Position numbers and translations under genes: made by a program
Part shown: piece after piece, positions 1 through 10,855 of the stretch
Position numbering within the stretch: the stretch's first letter is position 1
Layout of the letters: each line of letters begins with the position of its first letter
NCBI GenBank assembly: GCA_019704295.1
Contig: AP024596.1
Location: forward strand, 1,376,001-1,440,000
Direction: 5' to 3'
DNA: 64,000 nucleotides
DNA from: Sulfolobales archaeon HS-7
GTDB taxonomy: Archaea > Thermoproteota > Thermoprotei_A > Sulfolobales > Sulfolobaceae
The notes under the pieces: model-generated
What the model was told of the DNA's origin: nothing
The model's database searches: none
The model's input: only the letters and a program-made list of their open reading frames with translations

Positions 1-1
1 G

Positions 2-2248
2 AACTACGTTTTAAAGGAGCATGAACTCAACTACCCGGAAATACCGGATTTTAAGGTAAGGCATGAGTCCTTTGAGCTTTACGTAAAACCGGAGCAGGAG
101 GAAATTGAGGGCGTAGCCGCTATTGACGTTGAATCTAATGGCAAGATCACCCTTGATGCAAACCACTTCGAAATATCAGCTGTGCAAGTTGACGGAAATC
201 CTGCGGAGTGGAAGTACGACGGGAGGAAACTGATAGTCAAGGTATCCGGAAAGAGAAAGGTCACTATTCGCTACAGGGTTAAGGCGTCGCAGGGATTAAG
301 GTTTCTGAAAAGGGGAGAGTTCTATGAAGTGGGATCAACAGGAGAGGTAAACAACGCTCCCAATTGGCTTCCTGTTGTCAACTCTCCGGGAGTGAAATGT
401 ACTACTGAGAAGGTGGTGAGGGTACCGAAACCTTACGTTGCGGTATCCAATGGTTCTCTGGTGAAGCAGTGGGAGGACAACGAAAGTAACTACTTCCATT
501 GGGTCATGGATAAACCTCATTCTGCATACCTGAACAGCCTAGCCGTAGGGGTATTTGATAGGTATCACGATGAGTGGGAGGGAATTTCCCTTGAGTTCTA
601 CCTCCCCAAGGGGTTCGGGGAATTTCATAAAAACCTCTCTGCGACGAAGGACGCTGTCTCCTTTTTCTCCGAGTACACGGGCGTTAAATACCCCTATAAA
701 AAGTACGCTCAGGTTGTACTCTTCGGGATGAGAGGGGGGATGGAGTACATAACCTCAACCCACCTCACCTGGACGACTATGCATGACGAGATTGCGGAAA
801 TGGACTTCTCCAGCGACAGCCTGGTCTCTCACGAATTGGCCCACCAATGGTTCGGAGATCTCGTGACGACAAAGGATTGGTCAAATATATGGTTAAACGA
901 GGCCTTTGCGTCCTACTTTCAGGCGTTGTACTTCCTTCACTCAAAGGGTGAGGACGAGTTCGTATACGACCTTTACAGGAAACTGCAGGATTACCTAGTG
1001 GAATACGCGAAGTACTCCAGACCGATAGTGACGAGGTATTATAAGTTCGGGGAGGAACTTTTCGATAGGCACACCTATCCCAAGGGCGCCCTAGTTGTAC
1101 ATACGCTGAGAAATGTGCTAGGAGATGAGCTATTTAGGAAGGGGATCAAGCACTACTTGAGCAAACATTCCTTTTCATCTGTGGACACCGAGGACTTTAG
1201 GAAGGCGATGGAGGAGGCTTCGGAAAAGGACCTCACGTGGTTTTTTGACAAATACGTGTACTCTGCGAATCACCCTATCTTTAACCTCAACTTTGACGGG
1301 GAAAAGGTCGTCATAGAACAAGTCCAAGATGGGCCGGAATACAATCACACCATTGAGTTGAAGGTGGTGAACAGAGGGGAAAAGAGTATCAAGAAAATCG
1401 AACTGAAAAGGGTTACGGAAGTGAACGTTGAGGGGGATTACGTCTGTCTAGATCCAAAGTTCTCCCACATAGCAGTGGTCAACGATTTACAGGAGGAGGA
1501 AAGGCTACTTGAGGAAGTGAGAGATGAGGACATTAAGTGCGTCATTAACGCGATAAACGGCTTAACGAAGTTCAGAGATGGGAAGGCCATCTCAGCGCTA
1601 AATTCCCTTTTGCTAACCTCGTTCTGGGGCGTTAAATACGAGGCTGCTTTGGCCCTGGGGAAGATAGGTACAAAGGAGGCATTAAAGGCCTTGATGATCA
1701 GAGTAGAACCTTCTAAAGCGATGAGAGGTGTAGTAAAGGCACTAGGGGAATTCAAGTTCTCTAGGGAGGCTGCGGAATTTCTCGTCTCAGTGCTGGAGCA
1801 GGAGAGAAGTTATTACGTAAAGGCAGAGGCAATTACCTCATTGGGGAAAATAGGATTACCGGAATTTAGGGAGAAGATTGCCTCTCATTTCGGAGAGAGG
1901 AGTCACGTTGACGTAATTTCGACCTCCGTGATAGAGGCACTGGCGTATTTAGGAGATGAGGAGTCGTTTAACTTCGTTGTGGAAAAGGGGGTTAAGAGCA
2001 ATAACGAGCTGATAAGGGCGGCATCGGCGAGACATTTAGGTAAATTCGGGAAGAAGGCAATGCATTACCTTAAGAGTCTAGTAAAGGACGAAAGCGCTGC
2101 CGTAAGGGGATCCGCGGTGTCCTCTCTAGGGGAAATGGGTGATAAATCTGTTGTGCCAATCCTTAAAGAAGTAGTCGATAATGAAGATGAGGACGGAAGA
2201 TTAAGGGTTAGTGCTCTGAGGTACTTAAGCACATTAACTCAAACTTAG
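2..2248 (+). CDS. M1 family aminopeptidase with C-terminal HEAT repeats (5' end outside window)
   Basis: GGMEY (GAMEN variant), HELAHQW...NEAFA zinc motif, YPKGA; HEAT-like repeats at the C-terminus; frame is open from position 2. Confidence 0.92.
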   Translation, partial: NYVLKEHELNYPEIPDFKVRHESFELYVKPEQEEIEGVAAIDVESNGKITLDANHFEISAVQVDGNPAEWKYDGRKLIVKVSGKRKVTIRYRVKASQGLRFLKRGEFYEVGSTGEVNNAPNWLPVVNSPGVKCTTEKVVRVPKPYVAVSNGSLVKQWEDNESNYFHWVMDKPHSAYLNSLAVGVFDRYHDEWEGISLEFYLPKGFGEFHKNLSATKDAVSFFSEYTGVKYPYKKYAQVVLFGMRGGMEYITSTHLTWTTMHDEIAEMDFSSDSLVSHELAHQWFGDLVTTKDWSNIWLNEAFASYFQALYFLHSKGEDEFVYDLYRKLQDYLVEYAKYSRPIVTRYYKFGEELFDRHTYPKGALVVHTLRNVLGDELFRKGIKHYLSKHSFSSVDTEDFRKAMEEASEKDLTWFFDKYVYSANHPIFNLNFDGEKVVIEQVQDGPEYNHTIELKVVNRGEKSIKKIELKRVTEVNVEGDYVCLDPKFSHIAVVNDLQEEERLLEEVRDEDIKCVINAINGLTKFRDGKAISALNSLLLTSFWGVKYEAALALGKIGTKEALKALMIRVEPSKAMRGVVKALGEFKFSREAAEFLVSVLEQERSYYVKAEAITSLGKIGLPEFREKIASHFGERSHVDVISTSVIEALAYLGDEESFNFVVEKGVKSNNELIRAASARHLGKFGKKAMHYLKSLVKDESAAVRGSAVSSLGEMGDKSVVPILKEVVDNEDEDGRLRVSALRYLSTLTQT

Positions 2249-2727
2249 TGCATTTACGGTGGTTTGCAAATTTATCGGAAACACGCTCTCTATTCTTGAG
2301 TTCGCTCGTGTCTAAAATTATGAAGACTGAGTGAAATAGGTAAAACCTAGATTCCCACACCCTAATCAAGTGGAGAACTTTTTGACGAATTCCTCATGAA
2401 CCGAGGTTTACGTTGAAAGGGGTTCATACGATGAGAGGGTGGATACTGGATTACCTGCCCTTACTGATAGAGCTTTTTGTGTCCCAGTGTTGATTAAGGG
2501 AGGTCACAGGCAATTAAAATACAATCCAGGGCGCGCGGTGTCCCATCAAGCTGATTAAACATACCGCGAAAACAATCTTCCGCCGTCTTGAAGACTTTAC
2601 AGTACTGTGAACAATGCATTACCTACGTACTCGTAATTTAGAGGTCCATTCCTGTGAGCTCCATGTAGTTAAGACCGTTGTGATGTTTCAAGGGAAAAAC
2701 TCTTTACTCTGTAAGAGAAAAACAGGT

Positions 2728-3213
2728 ATGGAAGTTCAGGAAAAAGTTGAGAAGTGGCTAAGACAGATGAAATTTACAATAAGTAATACCCCAAACGCTA
2801 AGGAATACTACAACGTAACCGTGTCTCCTCCGCCTCCCGCTCAATTTCCCATACTCCAGGTTATCATACCAGAACAGAGCTCACCGTTCGTGTTAATACT
2901 AATGGGAGTGGGAATACATCCTCAACATGTAAAGGGGGTAAAGGACATGAACGATTCTGAGAGAGGAAAGTTCCTTAACGACATAAAGTACACGTTATTG
3001 AGAATGAACGTGGACTTTACCTTCATTCCTCCTCAAGATGTAATTCCACAGGCCATATCTGTATCAAAATCCGTTTACACAGACGGATTGACAATGGACA
3101 GGTTCTTTGACGTCTTTACTCTCGTGAGAAACGCTGGTCTTTACATTATAACGAAGTTTACCGAGCAATTCGGAAATCCGCCACCCCTTCGCGGAGACAT
3201 AAAATACGTTTAG
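2728..3213 (+). CDS. DUF2299-like archaeal protein
   Basis: MEVQEKVEKWL start, GVGIHPQH, typical size; ATG at 2728 preferred over ORF start 2614. Confidence 0.65.
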   Translation: MEVQEKVEKWLRQMKFTISNTPNAKEYYNVTVSPPPPAQFPILQVIIPEQSSPFVLILMGVGIHPQHVKGVKDMNDSERGKFLNDIKYTLLRMNVDFTFIPPQDVIPQAISVSKSVYTDGLTMDRFFDVFTLVRNAGLYIITKFTEQFGNPPPLRGDIKYV

Positions 3214-3830
3214 CCTTTTTCCCATTTAGGGAACTTCTCCGGAAAATCTGTTATAATTCCGTCAACTCCATAGGTTTTAGCTAGGGCAAATGTGGCCTCG
3301 TCATTTACAACGCACGTCGCGAAGTACATTGAGTTCTCCTTTCCGAATTTGATGTCCCTTTTCCTTAAAGCACCTATGAAAGGAAAGAGCGCGTCTAATT
3401 CGTTCTCAATTGCCAGGGAAACTGCCCTTGACGGATTCTCTACGATGCCTGAAGAGAAGTACGATAGTCCTACCGGACAATCAGACCTTGATCTTAACCT
3501 GTAAGCTGTCTCAAAGTTATCCGCTGAAAACATTACTCTTTCCTCAAAACCCATTGTGGCATCAACAATTGGGTCAACATTCCTGGATTTCACGTCGACG
3601 AGGAAAAGGAGTTCCGTAAGTCCTAACGCGTCGTTTAAGGTATACCGAGTTAACTCGTTCTCACTGTGTCCCAGAATGGGCCTACCGTTAATTTCAATCA
3701 CGTCTATCTCAACTATCTTGACACCCCGCTCCTTAGCTGAAATTAGACCCTCAATAGTGTTCTGCATTTCCCTAGATCCCCTGTGAGCTATAACACACCC
3801 TGATTTTAGGCATTCGAGAATTCCATTCAC
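3210..3830 (-). CDS. glycerophosphodiester phosphodiesterase family protein
   Basis: IAHRG, VEIDV, GVDGIITDFP motifs. Confidence 0.88.
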   Translation of the reverse strand: MNGILECLKSGCVIAHRGSREMQNTIEGLISAKERGVKIVEIDVIEINGRPILGHSENELTRYTLNDALGLTELLFLVDVKSRNVDPIVDATMGFEERVMFSADNFETAYRLRSRSDCPVGLSYFSSGIVENPSRAVSLAIENELDALFPFIGALRKRDIKFGKENSMYFATCVVNDEATFALAKTYGVDGIITDFPEKFPKWEKG

Positions 3831-4368
3831 GAGAGAAGGCTATTATTCTGTTATTAAATTTTTTATTATGTGCTCTCTAAAGGCGTGCATACACTTTTAT
3901 CAGCTTTGCTTTTAACAGGTCCGCGTTGGTAGGAGTTTATGAGTAAGAAGAGCTATTCGTAGGGTGATTTAATGTTAAAAGAAAAGTTTAATTAAATATT
4001 TTCACAACTCAACAAGGGTTTTGCGCTAAGCAGTTTACATTAATGTTTTGCCTTATCCACAAATTACAACTACGGAGACACCTAATTGTATGAGAAAGAG
4101 GAGTTCTGAATTTTCCATGCCGGTTAAGAGGATGTATCAGCTGGACTTTTTGCCTAAAGCCTCAAACGTCGGACTCGTAATAGAGATCACTTTTGACCAG
4201 CACTTATGTTTATACTCACTTTGAAGGTGCACTGAGCACATCTTCGCGGAAATGCCGTTCCCAGCTTGATTGTTCCCGTCCTTGCATCAAGAAGTTACTT
4301 AAGGTGGATCCTCTGAGGGCTGTAATTGCCGTGGATAAGGGAGTGCTTGATAATAGCAGAAAAGTTAC

Positions 4369-5250
4369 CTATCCGTTCTGAAGAAGGTAATTCAGGTATA
4401 TCTCGTTTACGAAGTTCCTTGCAAATCTCAACTTACCGAATCCCAGGGATGCTCCCCTCATTTCGTCAAGGCGATAATCAATTACCTCGTAGTCGTTCCT
4501 CAGGTTCATTGATAATAAGAGGTCCTCGTAGCCGTTAATGAAAACCTCATTTAGGACAGGTACCTTTACCCTTGAACGCCTTAATATCATAAATGACCCT
4601 GCGTTTACTACTTCCTCCTTTACTTCCCCCGCAAACCTCCTCATAGGTCCCATCATGGAGTTTATAGCTACCATAGTGTTGAGTTTGAATTTTTCTCGGT
4701 ATTTCAAGTAAAGTTTTCCGGTAATTTCAGCGTAACCTAATTTGAGTACCTTACCGAAGAGCACCATTCCCTTTAAGAAGTTCTCATCAGGTCTTATCAG
4801 GGAAACCTTGTAAGAGTGGTAACCAGAAGGTTTCGCCATAACGAGAGTTTTTGTAGTACGACTAAGATCCTCCATAAGCTTCGTAACGGGTTCTGCATAA
4901 GTGGTATCGTCATTAGCCACAACTATCCATGACGGTTTATACTCCATGACCTTAAGTATTCCAGCATTGACGCTTTTCGCAAAGTTGAACTTCTTACCCT
5001 TACTCTCAACGAGGGTTATACTAGCCCCCTTAAATAGTTCTACTGCTCTTTTCGCGAGTTGTCCATCGGCGTTAGATGTTGGAATTACTACAGCGATCTC
5101 CTCATTTCCTGTAATTTGCCTTATCTCCATTTTCTCTGCCTCCCTATTCTTCATCCAGGAGATTACGCTCTCCCTACTGTAAAGTTCGTAGATCTGCAAT
5201 ACCTTATCCACGCTTTCATCGGTAAATAGTTCCTCTAATTCTTCACCCAA
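4369..5250 (-). CDS. GT2-like glycosyltransferase, probable carotenoid glycosyltransferase
   Basis: AVVIPT, FAKSVNAG, ANDD, GYED motifs; overlaps the lycopene cyclase gene. Confidence 0.7.
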   Translation of the reverse strand: MGEELEELFTDESVDKVLQIYELYSRESVISWMKNREAEKMEIRQITGNEEIAVVIPTSNADGQLAKRAVELFKGASITLVESKGKKFNFAKSVNAGILKVMEYKPSWIVVANDDTTYAEPVTKLMEDLSRTTKTLVMAKPSGYHSYKVSLIRPDENFLKGMVLFGKVLKLGYAEITGKLYLKYREKFKLNTMVAINSMMGPMRRFAGEVKEEVVNAGSFMILRRSRVKVPVLNEVFINGYEDLLLSMNLRNDYEVIDYRLDEMRGASLGFGKLRFARNFVNEIYLNYLLQNG

Positions 5251-5918
5251 ATCCTCCCACCTACCCTATAAAAAGTGGTGTAAAAGTTCATCATCGAAAA
5301 GGAGTATATGGCGTCCTCAATGGGTATAGTACCTATCCTCACCCCCAGAATGGAATGTGGACCGTATATAACCACGGGTAGGGAAGTTAAGAAGTAATCA
5401 AATACGAAGAAGGGAATATAGGTTAAAATCACGAATTCCCAGTATCTTACAGACGTCAGTATTTCAGGAGCTAGGATTTCTGCCGTTAGTAACGACGCCC
5501 CTGCGAAAATTAGGACTATTGAAGTATAGGAGTAGAGGAAAAGGAGGGCAATTCCCAGAGCGATAAGTCCTCCGGAAAGGTAGTATACCTTATCCCCTCG
5601 AAAATTTACGAACCTGTCCCCTTTCAAAAAGTCGTATATCATGAGAGTTGCAAACGGGGTTACAACGAAAAAGAGCACCTCCTCTACTGGAAGGTCGTAG
5701 AGGTACAGACCCAATATCCAATGAGGGTTAAAACTCCACGAGTCATTTGCAGTTGCCACAACGTCCCACGCGATGTAAAGTGGGGATACTATCCCTATAG
5801 AGTAGAGAAGAGCTTTGTAATTCCTCTTAACCTTTAACAGGGATATTATCAACGTGGGTAGAAACATCATTAGATCTATTTCCGCGTAGGCTAAGTGTGG
5901 GAGAAATATGGTAACCAT
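5235..5918 (-). CDS. crtY: fused-type lycopene beta-cyclase (CrtYcd)
   Basis: Two membrane cyclase repeats with WD...WSFNP...LPVEE and IPIED motifs. Confidence 0.88.
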   Translation of the reverse strand: MVTIFLPHLAYAEIDLMMFLPTLIISLLKVKRNYKALLYSIGIVSPLYIAWDVVATANDSWSFNPHWILGLYLYDLPVEEVLFFVVTPFATLMIYDFLKGDRFVNFRGDKVYYLSGGLIALGIALLFLYSYTSIVLIFAGASLLTAEILAPEILTSVRYWEFVILTYIPFFVFDYFLTSLPVVIYGPHSILGVRIGTIPIEDAIYSFSMMNFYTTFYRVGGRIWVKN

Positions 5919-6727
5919 ACCAAAATCCTCATTGCGTTTAATAAACCGCTCGCTATCACCTTACTTCTCCTCGGCTTTACCTTCACTCTGTACACAACGC
6001 AGGGGTCGGAGTAAATTATCTTTCCCGTCCACTTATACATATCTGAAGCTGTCTTTATAGGTATCAAGAATCTGGAGGGTATGAAACGGTATCCTTTCTC
6101 TGCTTCCTTTTGGTATTCCATATACCTATTTACGTTAAGTCTTATGAACTCCTTGAACTCCTTAGTGCAACCCTCTTCAAGGGAGACGCCCATGTCAATC
6201 ATTTCGTCAAAAGGCAAGTACTGTCTACCTAGCCTCTGATCTTCCTGAAAGTCCCTTATGAAGTTGAGGTATTGCATGGCTCTACCTAACATTTTCGCGT
6301 ACTCCTGGGATTTCTCGTCTAGTGAGAGAATTCTCATCATCATTAATCCTACCACCTCAGCAGATCCGTAGATGTAACTTAAGGTCTCATCAATCGTGTG
6401 ATAGATCCCCTTATATATATCACTCTCCATGGAGTTCAAAAAGGCCTCAACCCATTTCTCGTCTATGGACTTCCTTCGCATTAGTTCCACGAAGTTCGAT
6501 ATCACCGGACTACTTGTCTCCCTTCCATAAAGCGCCGAGTAATAAACTTCGCGTAATTCGTAGAATTCCTTCACCCTTTGGGGAATGGAATCCACTAAAT
6601 CATCAAAAACTCTGACGAAAGCGTAAAGCTTAGTAACGTCCTCCTTTACCCTTTTAGGAAATAGGAGAGTACTGTTATAGTACGTTGTACTGCTACGACG
6701 AAAGATCTCCGTAAGTTCCTTTACCAT
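5891..6727 (-). CDS. crtB: phytoene synthase
   Basis: YAFVRVFDDLVD, SAEVVG, QYLNFIRDFQED...GRQYLP. Confidence 0.93.
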   Translation of the reverse strand: MVKELTEIFRRSSTTYYNSTLLFPKRVKEDVTKLYAFVRVFDDLVDSIPQRVKEFYELREVYYSALYGRETSSPVISNFVELMRRKSIDEKWVEAFLNSMESDIYKGIYHTIDETLSYIYGSAEVVGLMMMRILSLDEKSQEYAKMLGRAMQYLNFIRDFQEDQRLGRQYLPFDEMIDMGVSLEEGCTKEFKEFIRLNVNRYMEYQKEAEKGYRFIPSRFLIPIKTASDMYKWTGKIIYSDPCVVYRVKVKPRRSKVIASGLLNAMRILVWLPYFSHT

Positions 6728-6781
6728 TTGAAAATGTTAATATTTGAGAAGGAAAAGAACATATGTAAGAAGTTTTTTTAT

Positions 6782-6828
6782 ACCCTCTTTAAAAGGGTGT
6801 AAAATTAACTGTAATCAACATTTATAAG
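6782..6828. promoter_or_regulatory. divergent crtB/crtZ promoter: near-palindrome ACCCTCTTTAAAAGGGT and TATA box TTTATAA
   Basis: TTTATAA at 6821, 30 nt before the crtZ ATG (leaderless spacing); imperfect palindrome at 6782-6798. Confidence 0.5.
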
Positions 6829-6850
6829 GCGGTGTACAATAAAACGGGTT

Positions 6851-7306
6851 ATGTTACTAACACTTGTGGCTATATCCGTCTTGACTTTCTTTGGAATGGA
6901 GGGCTTGGCGAGACTTATGCATAAGTACGTTATGCACGGATTTATGTGGTTCCTACATGAGGATCACCACAGAGAGACTCAATCTGAGTTCGAGAAGAAC
7001 GACGCCTTTGGAATTATCTTCGCGTTAGTTGCGATATACCTAATTTTCAATGGACTGTTTGATCACAACCTAATTTCCCTGTCGATAGGATTAGGAATAA
7101 CTGCATACGGAGTTGCTTACTTCTTCGTTCACGATATGATAATTCACGACAGACACCTGCACCTGAGGAGTTGGGGGATGAGACATTCTCCCTTCAAGGA
7201 ACTCATACAGGCACATGAGGTACATCATGAACAGGGAGAGGGAAACTGGGGTTTTCTCCTGATCATCCCTGGTCTTGATAAGTACCCTCAGAGGAACAAC
7301 GAATGA
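6851..7306 (+). CDS. crtZ: beta-carotene hydroxylase
   Basis: His boxes HKYVMHG..W.LHEDHH, FEKND, FVHD..IHDR, AHEVHH. Confidence 0.93.
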   Translation: MLLTLVAISVLTFFGMEGLARLMHKYVMHGFMWFLHEDHHRETQSEFEKNDAFGIIFALVAIYLIFNGLFDHNLISLSIGLGITAYGVAYFFVHDMIIHDRHLHLRSWGMRHSPFKELIQAHEVHHEQGEGNWGFLLIIPGLDKYPQRNNE

Positions 7307-8706
7307 AAGCTGTAGTAGTAGGAAGCGGATTTGGGGGTCTGGCCGCTTCCCTTATCCTCAGCAAGAAAGGGTTTGAAGTTACAGTTCTTGAGAAACAGGA
7401 TCGACCTGGGGGGAGATCTAGGGAATTAACCATTGGGGAATACAGGTTCGACATGGGTCCTTCTTGGTATTTAATGAAAGACGCCTTCAATACCTTCTTT
7501 AACGATGCGTCAATTTCCCCACCTGAAGTAGTTAAGCTAGAGAAATTATACTCTCTAGCAACGGGAAAGTACGGGGAGAAGGGTGAGGTATACGACGTTT
7601 TCTCAGATCTCTCTCCATTTAGCGACCAAATTCACAGCTACTTGTCTACCTTGGAGGAAATGTACGGAATAGCTATGAATAAATTCATATTCAAGGAGAT
7701 GAGGCTCAGGGATTTCCTAGACGCTGATGTGATAAGGAACTTCAGCAGATTACCATTATTTTCTAACCTTAATGAGTTTAATAGGAGATTTTTTCATTCG
7801 GATTGGGAACTAAAGGCTCTGGGTTTTCCAGCCGTGTTTTTAGGAGGATCTCCTTTTAACATTCCGGCAATCTACTCCATTATTAATTACTCCATACTTT
7901 CAGAGGGCGTTTTCTATCCGAAGGGAGGCTTTTCAGGGCTAGTAAACTACCTTTACCAAAAGTGCGTTGAAAGAAAGGTGAGTTTTCACTTTAACGTGAA
8001 TGTCGATAAGATTGAGACGAGGGATAAGAGGATAACCTCAGTGATTTCAGGGGAGAAGAGGTTTGAGGGAGATGTCTTCGTCTTTAATGCGGACTACCGT
8101 TTCATTGATTCCTTACTTCCTTCACAATACTCTTTGGGCAGCCTTTACTGGTCGAAGAGGAAACTTGCCCCCTCGGCGCTTCTCTTCTATCTAGGGGTAG
8201 ACGACCTTGAGTTCCCCCATCATCAGGTCATCGTTAACGGAAATTGGAAAGAACACTTCGATTCAATAGAGAGGGGCACAGCGCCAGCGATTGAAAATAC
8301 GTCATATTACGTTAGCTATAGAGCAGCTACGGATAAGGAGATCCGAGCAAAGGACCTTGTGCTCCTAATCCCCATAGCGCCGGGAGTTAACGTAGAGAGT
8401 CCGGAGTTAATCCTCAAGGGGATCCTGCGGGATTTGAAGCAGAAGACATCGCAGGAAATTACCGTAAAGGAAGCGAAAATCTACACGCCTATGGATTTCT
8501 CTAGAGACTACAACGCATATAACGGTACTGCCTTTGGTATAGCCCACACTCTAGATCAAACGGGACCTTTTAGACCACCGAACTCTCATAGGAAGTTAAA
8601 AAATGCCTTCTTTGTCGGACAATACGCACAGCCCGGCATAGGCGTTCCCATGGTTCTCACCTCTGCTGTGATTACCTCTAGAGAGATAATGAGAAGGTAC
8701 GGATGA
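7303..8706 (+). CDS. crtI: phytoene desaturase
   Basis: GSGFGGLA...[35 protein letters not shown]. Confidence 0.93.
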   Translation: MKAVVVGSGFGGLAASLILSKKGFEVTVLEKQDRPGGRSRELTIGEYRFDMGPSWYLMKDAFNTFFNDASISPPEVVKLEKLYSLATGKYGEKGEVYDVFSDLSPFSDQIHSYLSTLEEMYGIAMNKFIFKEMRLRDFLDADVIRNFSRLPLFSNLNEFNRRFFHSDWELKALGFPAVFLGGSPFNIPAIYSIINYSILSEGVFYPKGGFSGLVNYLYQKCVERKVSFHFNVNVDKIETRDKRITSVISGEKRFEGDVFVFNADYRFIDSLLPSQYSLGSLYWSKRKLAPSALLFYLGVDDLEFPHHQVIVNGNWKEHFDSIERGTAPAIENTSYYVSYRAATDKEIRAKDLVLLIPIAPGVNVESPELILKGILRDLKQKTSQEITVKEAKIYTPMDFSRDYNAYNGTAFGIAHTLDQTGPFRPPNSHRKLKNAFFVGQYAQPGIGVPMVLTSAVITSREIMRRYG

Positions 8707-8732
8707 AGTGTTTTGAGGATTTAGATACGTGA

Positions 8733-8893
8733 AGACACTACCTGCTTCGTCTCTGATACAGTTGTGTAAGCAGTGATGCAGAACGTTATCTCCGTGAACG
8801 TTCTGATCCCTGAGGCTTTTACGAGTTAAACCTCTTTAGACCCTGTTAAGAATTACTATCCTGATACCAAGACCCGCGTTTTCCCCTTGAAAT
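8733..8893 (-). mobile_element. degenerate copy of CT-core non-TIR mini-element (IS110-like)
   Basis: Both ends align with the copies at 52970 and 54220 (AGACACTAC...CTTCGTCTC and CGCGTTTTCCCC). Confidence 0.6.
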
Positions 8894-9286
8894 GGGAGTT
8901 CTCAACGCGTAAAAAGCGTAAAGTTATTTGAATGACTAACTCCGCTTAGAAATTCCGTCGTATTCACCTGGTTATCCTATCAGCAGGGGATGAAAGTAGT
9001 GTAAGACCTTTTTCTCGTTGAATTACGTCATTTATTGAAACTACTTAATACCGAGGCTAAACACAACAACCTAGTCTAGAACTCCATTGGTAGCCTACCG
9101 CCATCACCCGTAGTAAACACTGCGTCTAGAAAACAAGGGGTATTGAATTGTAAATTGCCCTCACTCACCACTTTCACTTTGCTAACCGGGTTAATGACGC
9201 TCGATCATCAACACTCCACTCGTTTTAGACCGTATCGTGACCATTCATAAAAATTTTTAAACATACCAGAAGAAAATTCCATAATC

Positions 9287-10855
9287 ATGGACGATGTAGC
9301 TATCTCAGTGAATGACCTGAGGATCACTTACCCTTTTAGAAGTTCCCCCGCATTGGAGGTTGAAAGATTTCAGGTTAGAAATGGAGAGAGCGTGTTGATT
9401 GTAGGTAAATCAGGTTCTGGAAAATCCACGCTTACGTTAGCAATAAACGGGGTAATACCCCACTTAATTCAGGCTGAGGTTAAGGGGGAGGTAATGGTCT
9501 TGGGCAAAAACGTAAGCCAAATCTCCGTTTCAAAGTTATCGCGATTCGTCGGTACCCTTTTGCAGGATCCAGACTCTCAAATATTCAACTACCTAGTTCC
9601 CGATGAGATCGCCTTCGCACTTGAGAACTTCATGGTTCCCCCAGATCAGATATCTTCCATAGTAAGTGAGACAGCAGAGCAAGTCGGAATTACGAAATTG
9701 CTCAACAGGGATACAATCTCATTATCAGGAGGTGAAAAGCAGAGGGTGATGATAGCCTCTATACTTGCAATGAAGCCGGAAATTATCATCCTTGATGAAC
9801 CCACCTCAAGCATAGATCCTAAGGGAACTGCGGAAATACTCTCAACAATAGCCAAACTTAAGGAAAGCGGAAAGACTCTGATTATCGTAGAACACAAAGT
9901 AGAGAGGGTAATTCCTTTCGTAGACAGAGTAGTCCTAATTGACGCGGGGAGGATAGTGGCGGATTTCCCCAAGGAGCACGTAATTGAGTATAGCGAACTC
10001 CTTTCCGAAAAGGGGATAGAGGTACCGGAACACTTTCTCTACATGAAGAGGAAGGGTTTGACATCGATTAACGGTGAGCTTAACGGTTTCTCAATACCTT
10101 CCCCTGCCAGAAATAACTCAAACGATGAGGTTCTTTCCGCCTCAATAGAGGTAAACATTAGCGGAACGAAAATACTGGAAACTAGTATTAGCCTTAAACG
10201 GGGAGAGAGGTTAGCCATTATGGGAAATAACGGAGCGGGTAAGTCCACGCTCTTGAAGGCAATAATGGGGATTCTGGAAAGCGGCGCAAAGTGCAACTTA
10301 AGGTTGTTAGTGGCTGGAAGGGATCTATCCAAATCCAACCTTTACGAGAGGAGCAGATATGTAGCATACCTCCCGCAGAATTTCGAGATAATGTTCACGG
10401 GAAGAAGCGTAATAGACGAAATCAAGGGGGTTATGAAAAGGAGAAAGGTTTATAATGAGGAGTTCCTGCACTCCTTGCTCTCCTCCTTCTCCCTAGAGGG
10501 TATCGCACATGAAAACCCCTTAAATCTCTCCATAGGCCAGAAGAGGAGGGTAGCTCTGGCCACAGTCCTAGCATCAGGGGCTAAAGTGATCATGTTAGAT
10601 GAACCTACAAGCGGTCAGGACTGGTATCACAGGAGAGGACTAGGGGAGGAGGTTTCCAGACTCTCGAAACTCGGTTACTCGTTTATGATAGTTACTCATG
10701 ACTCCAGGTTCGTTTACTGGTACTGTGACAGGGTTGTAGTTATGAGAGACGGGAAAATCACTGACAATGGAACTCCTGAGGAAATCTTCCTGAGAAACGA
10801 GGACGTACTTCCTCCCACAGATTACATTGCGTCTAATAAGGGGGTAATCTCATGA
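9287..10855 (+). CDS. ECF transporter duplicated ATPase (A-A')
   Basis: Two ABC domains: GKSGSGKS/LSGGEKQR/LDEPT and GNNGAGKS/LSIGQKRR/LDEPT; LQDPDSQ. Confidence 0.9.
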   Translation: MDDVAISVNDLRITYPFRSSPALEVERFQVRNGESVLIVGKSGSGKSTLTLAINGVIPHLIQAEVKGEVMVLGKNVSQISVSKLSRFVGTLLQDPDSQIFNYLVPDEIAFALENFMVPPDQISSIVSETAEQVGITKLLNRDTISLSGGEKQRVMIASILAMKPEIIILDEPTSSIDPKGTAEILSTIAKLKESGKTLIIVEHKVERVIPFVDRVVLIDAGRIVADFPKEHVIEYSELLSEKGIEVPEHFLYMKRKGLTSINGELNGFSIPSPARNNSNDEVLSASIEVNISGTKILETSISLKRGERLAIMGNNGAGKSTLLKAIMGILESGAKCNLRLLVAGRDLSKSNLYERSRYVAYLPQNFEIMFTGRSVIDEIKGVMKRRKVYNEEFLHSLLSSFSLEGIAHENPLNLSIGQKRRVALATVLASGAKVIMLDEPTSGQDWYHRRGLGEEVSRLSKLGYSFMIVTHDSRFVYWYCDRVVVMRDGKITDNGTPEEIFLRNEDVLPPTDYIASNKGVIS

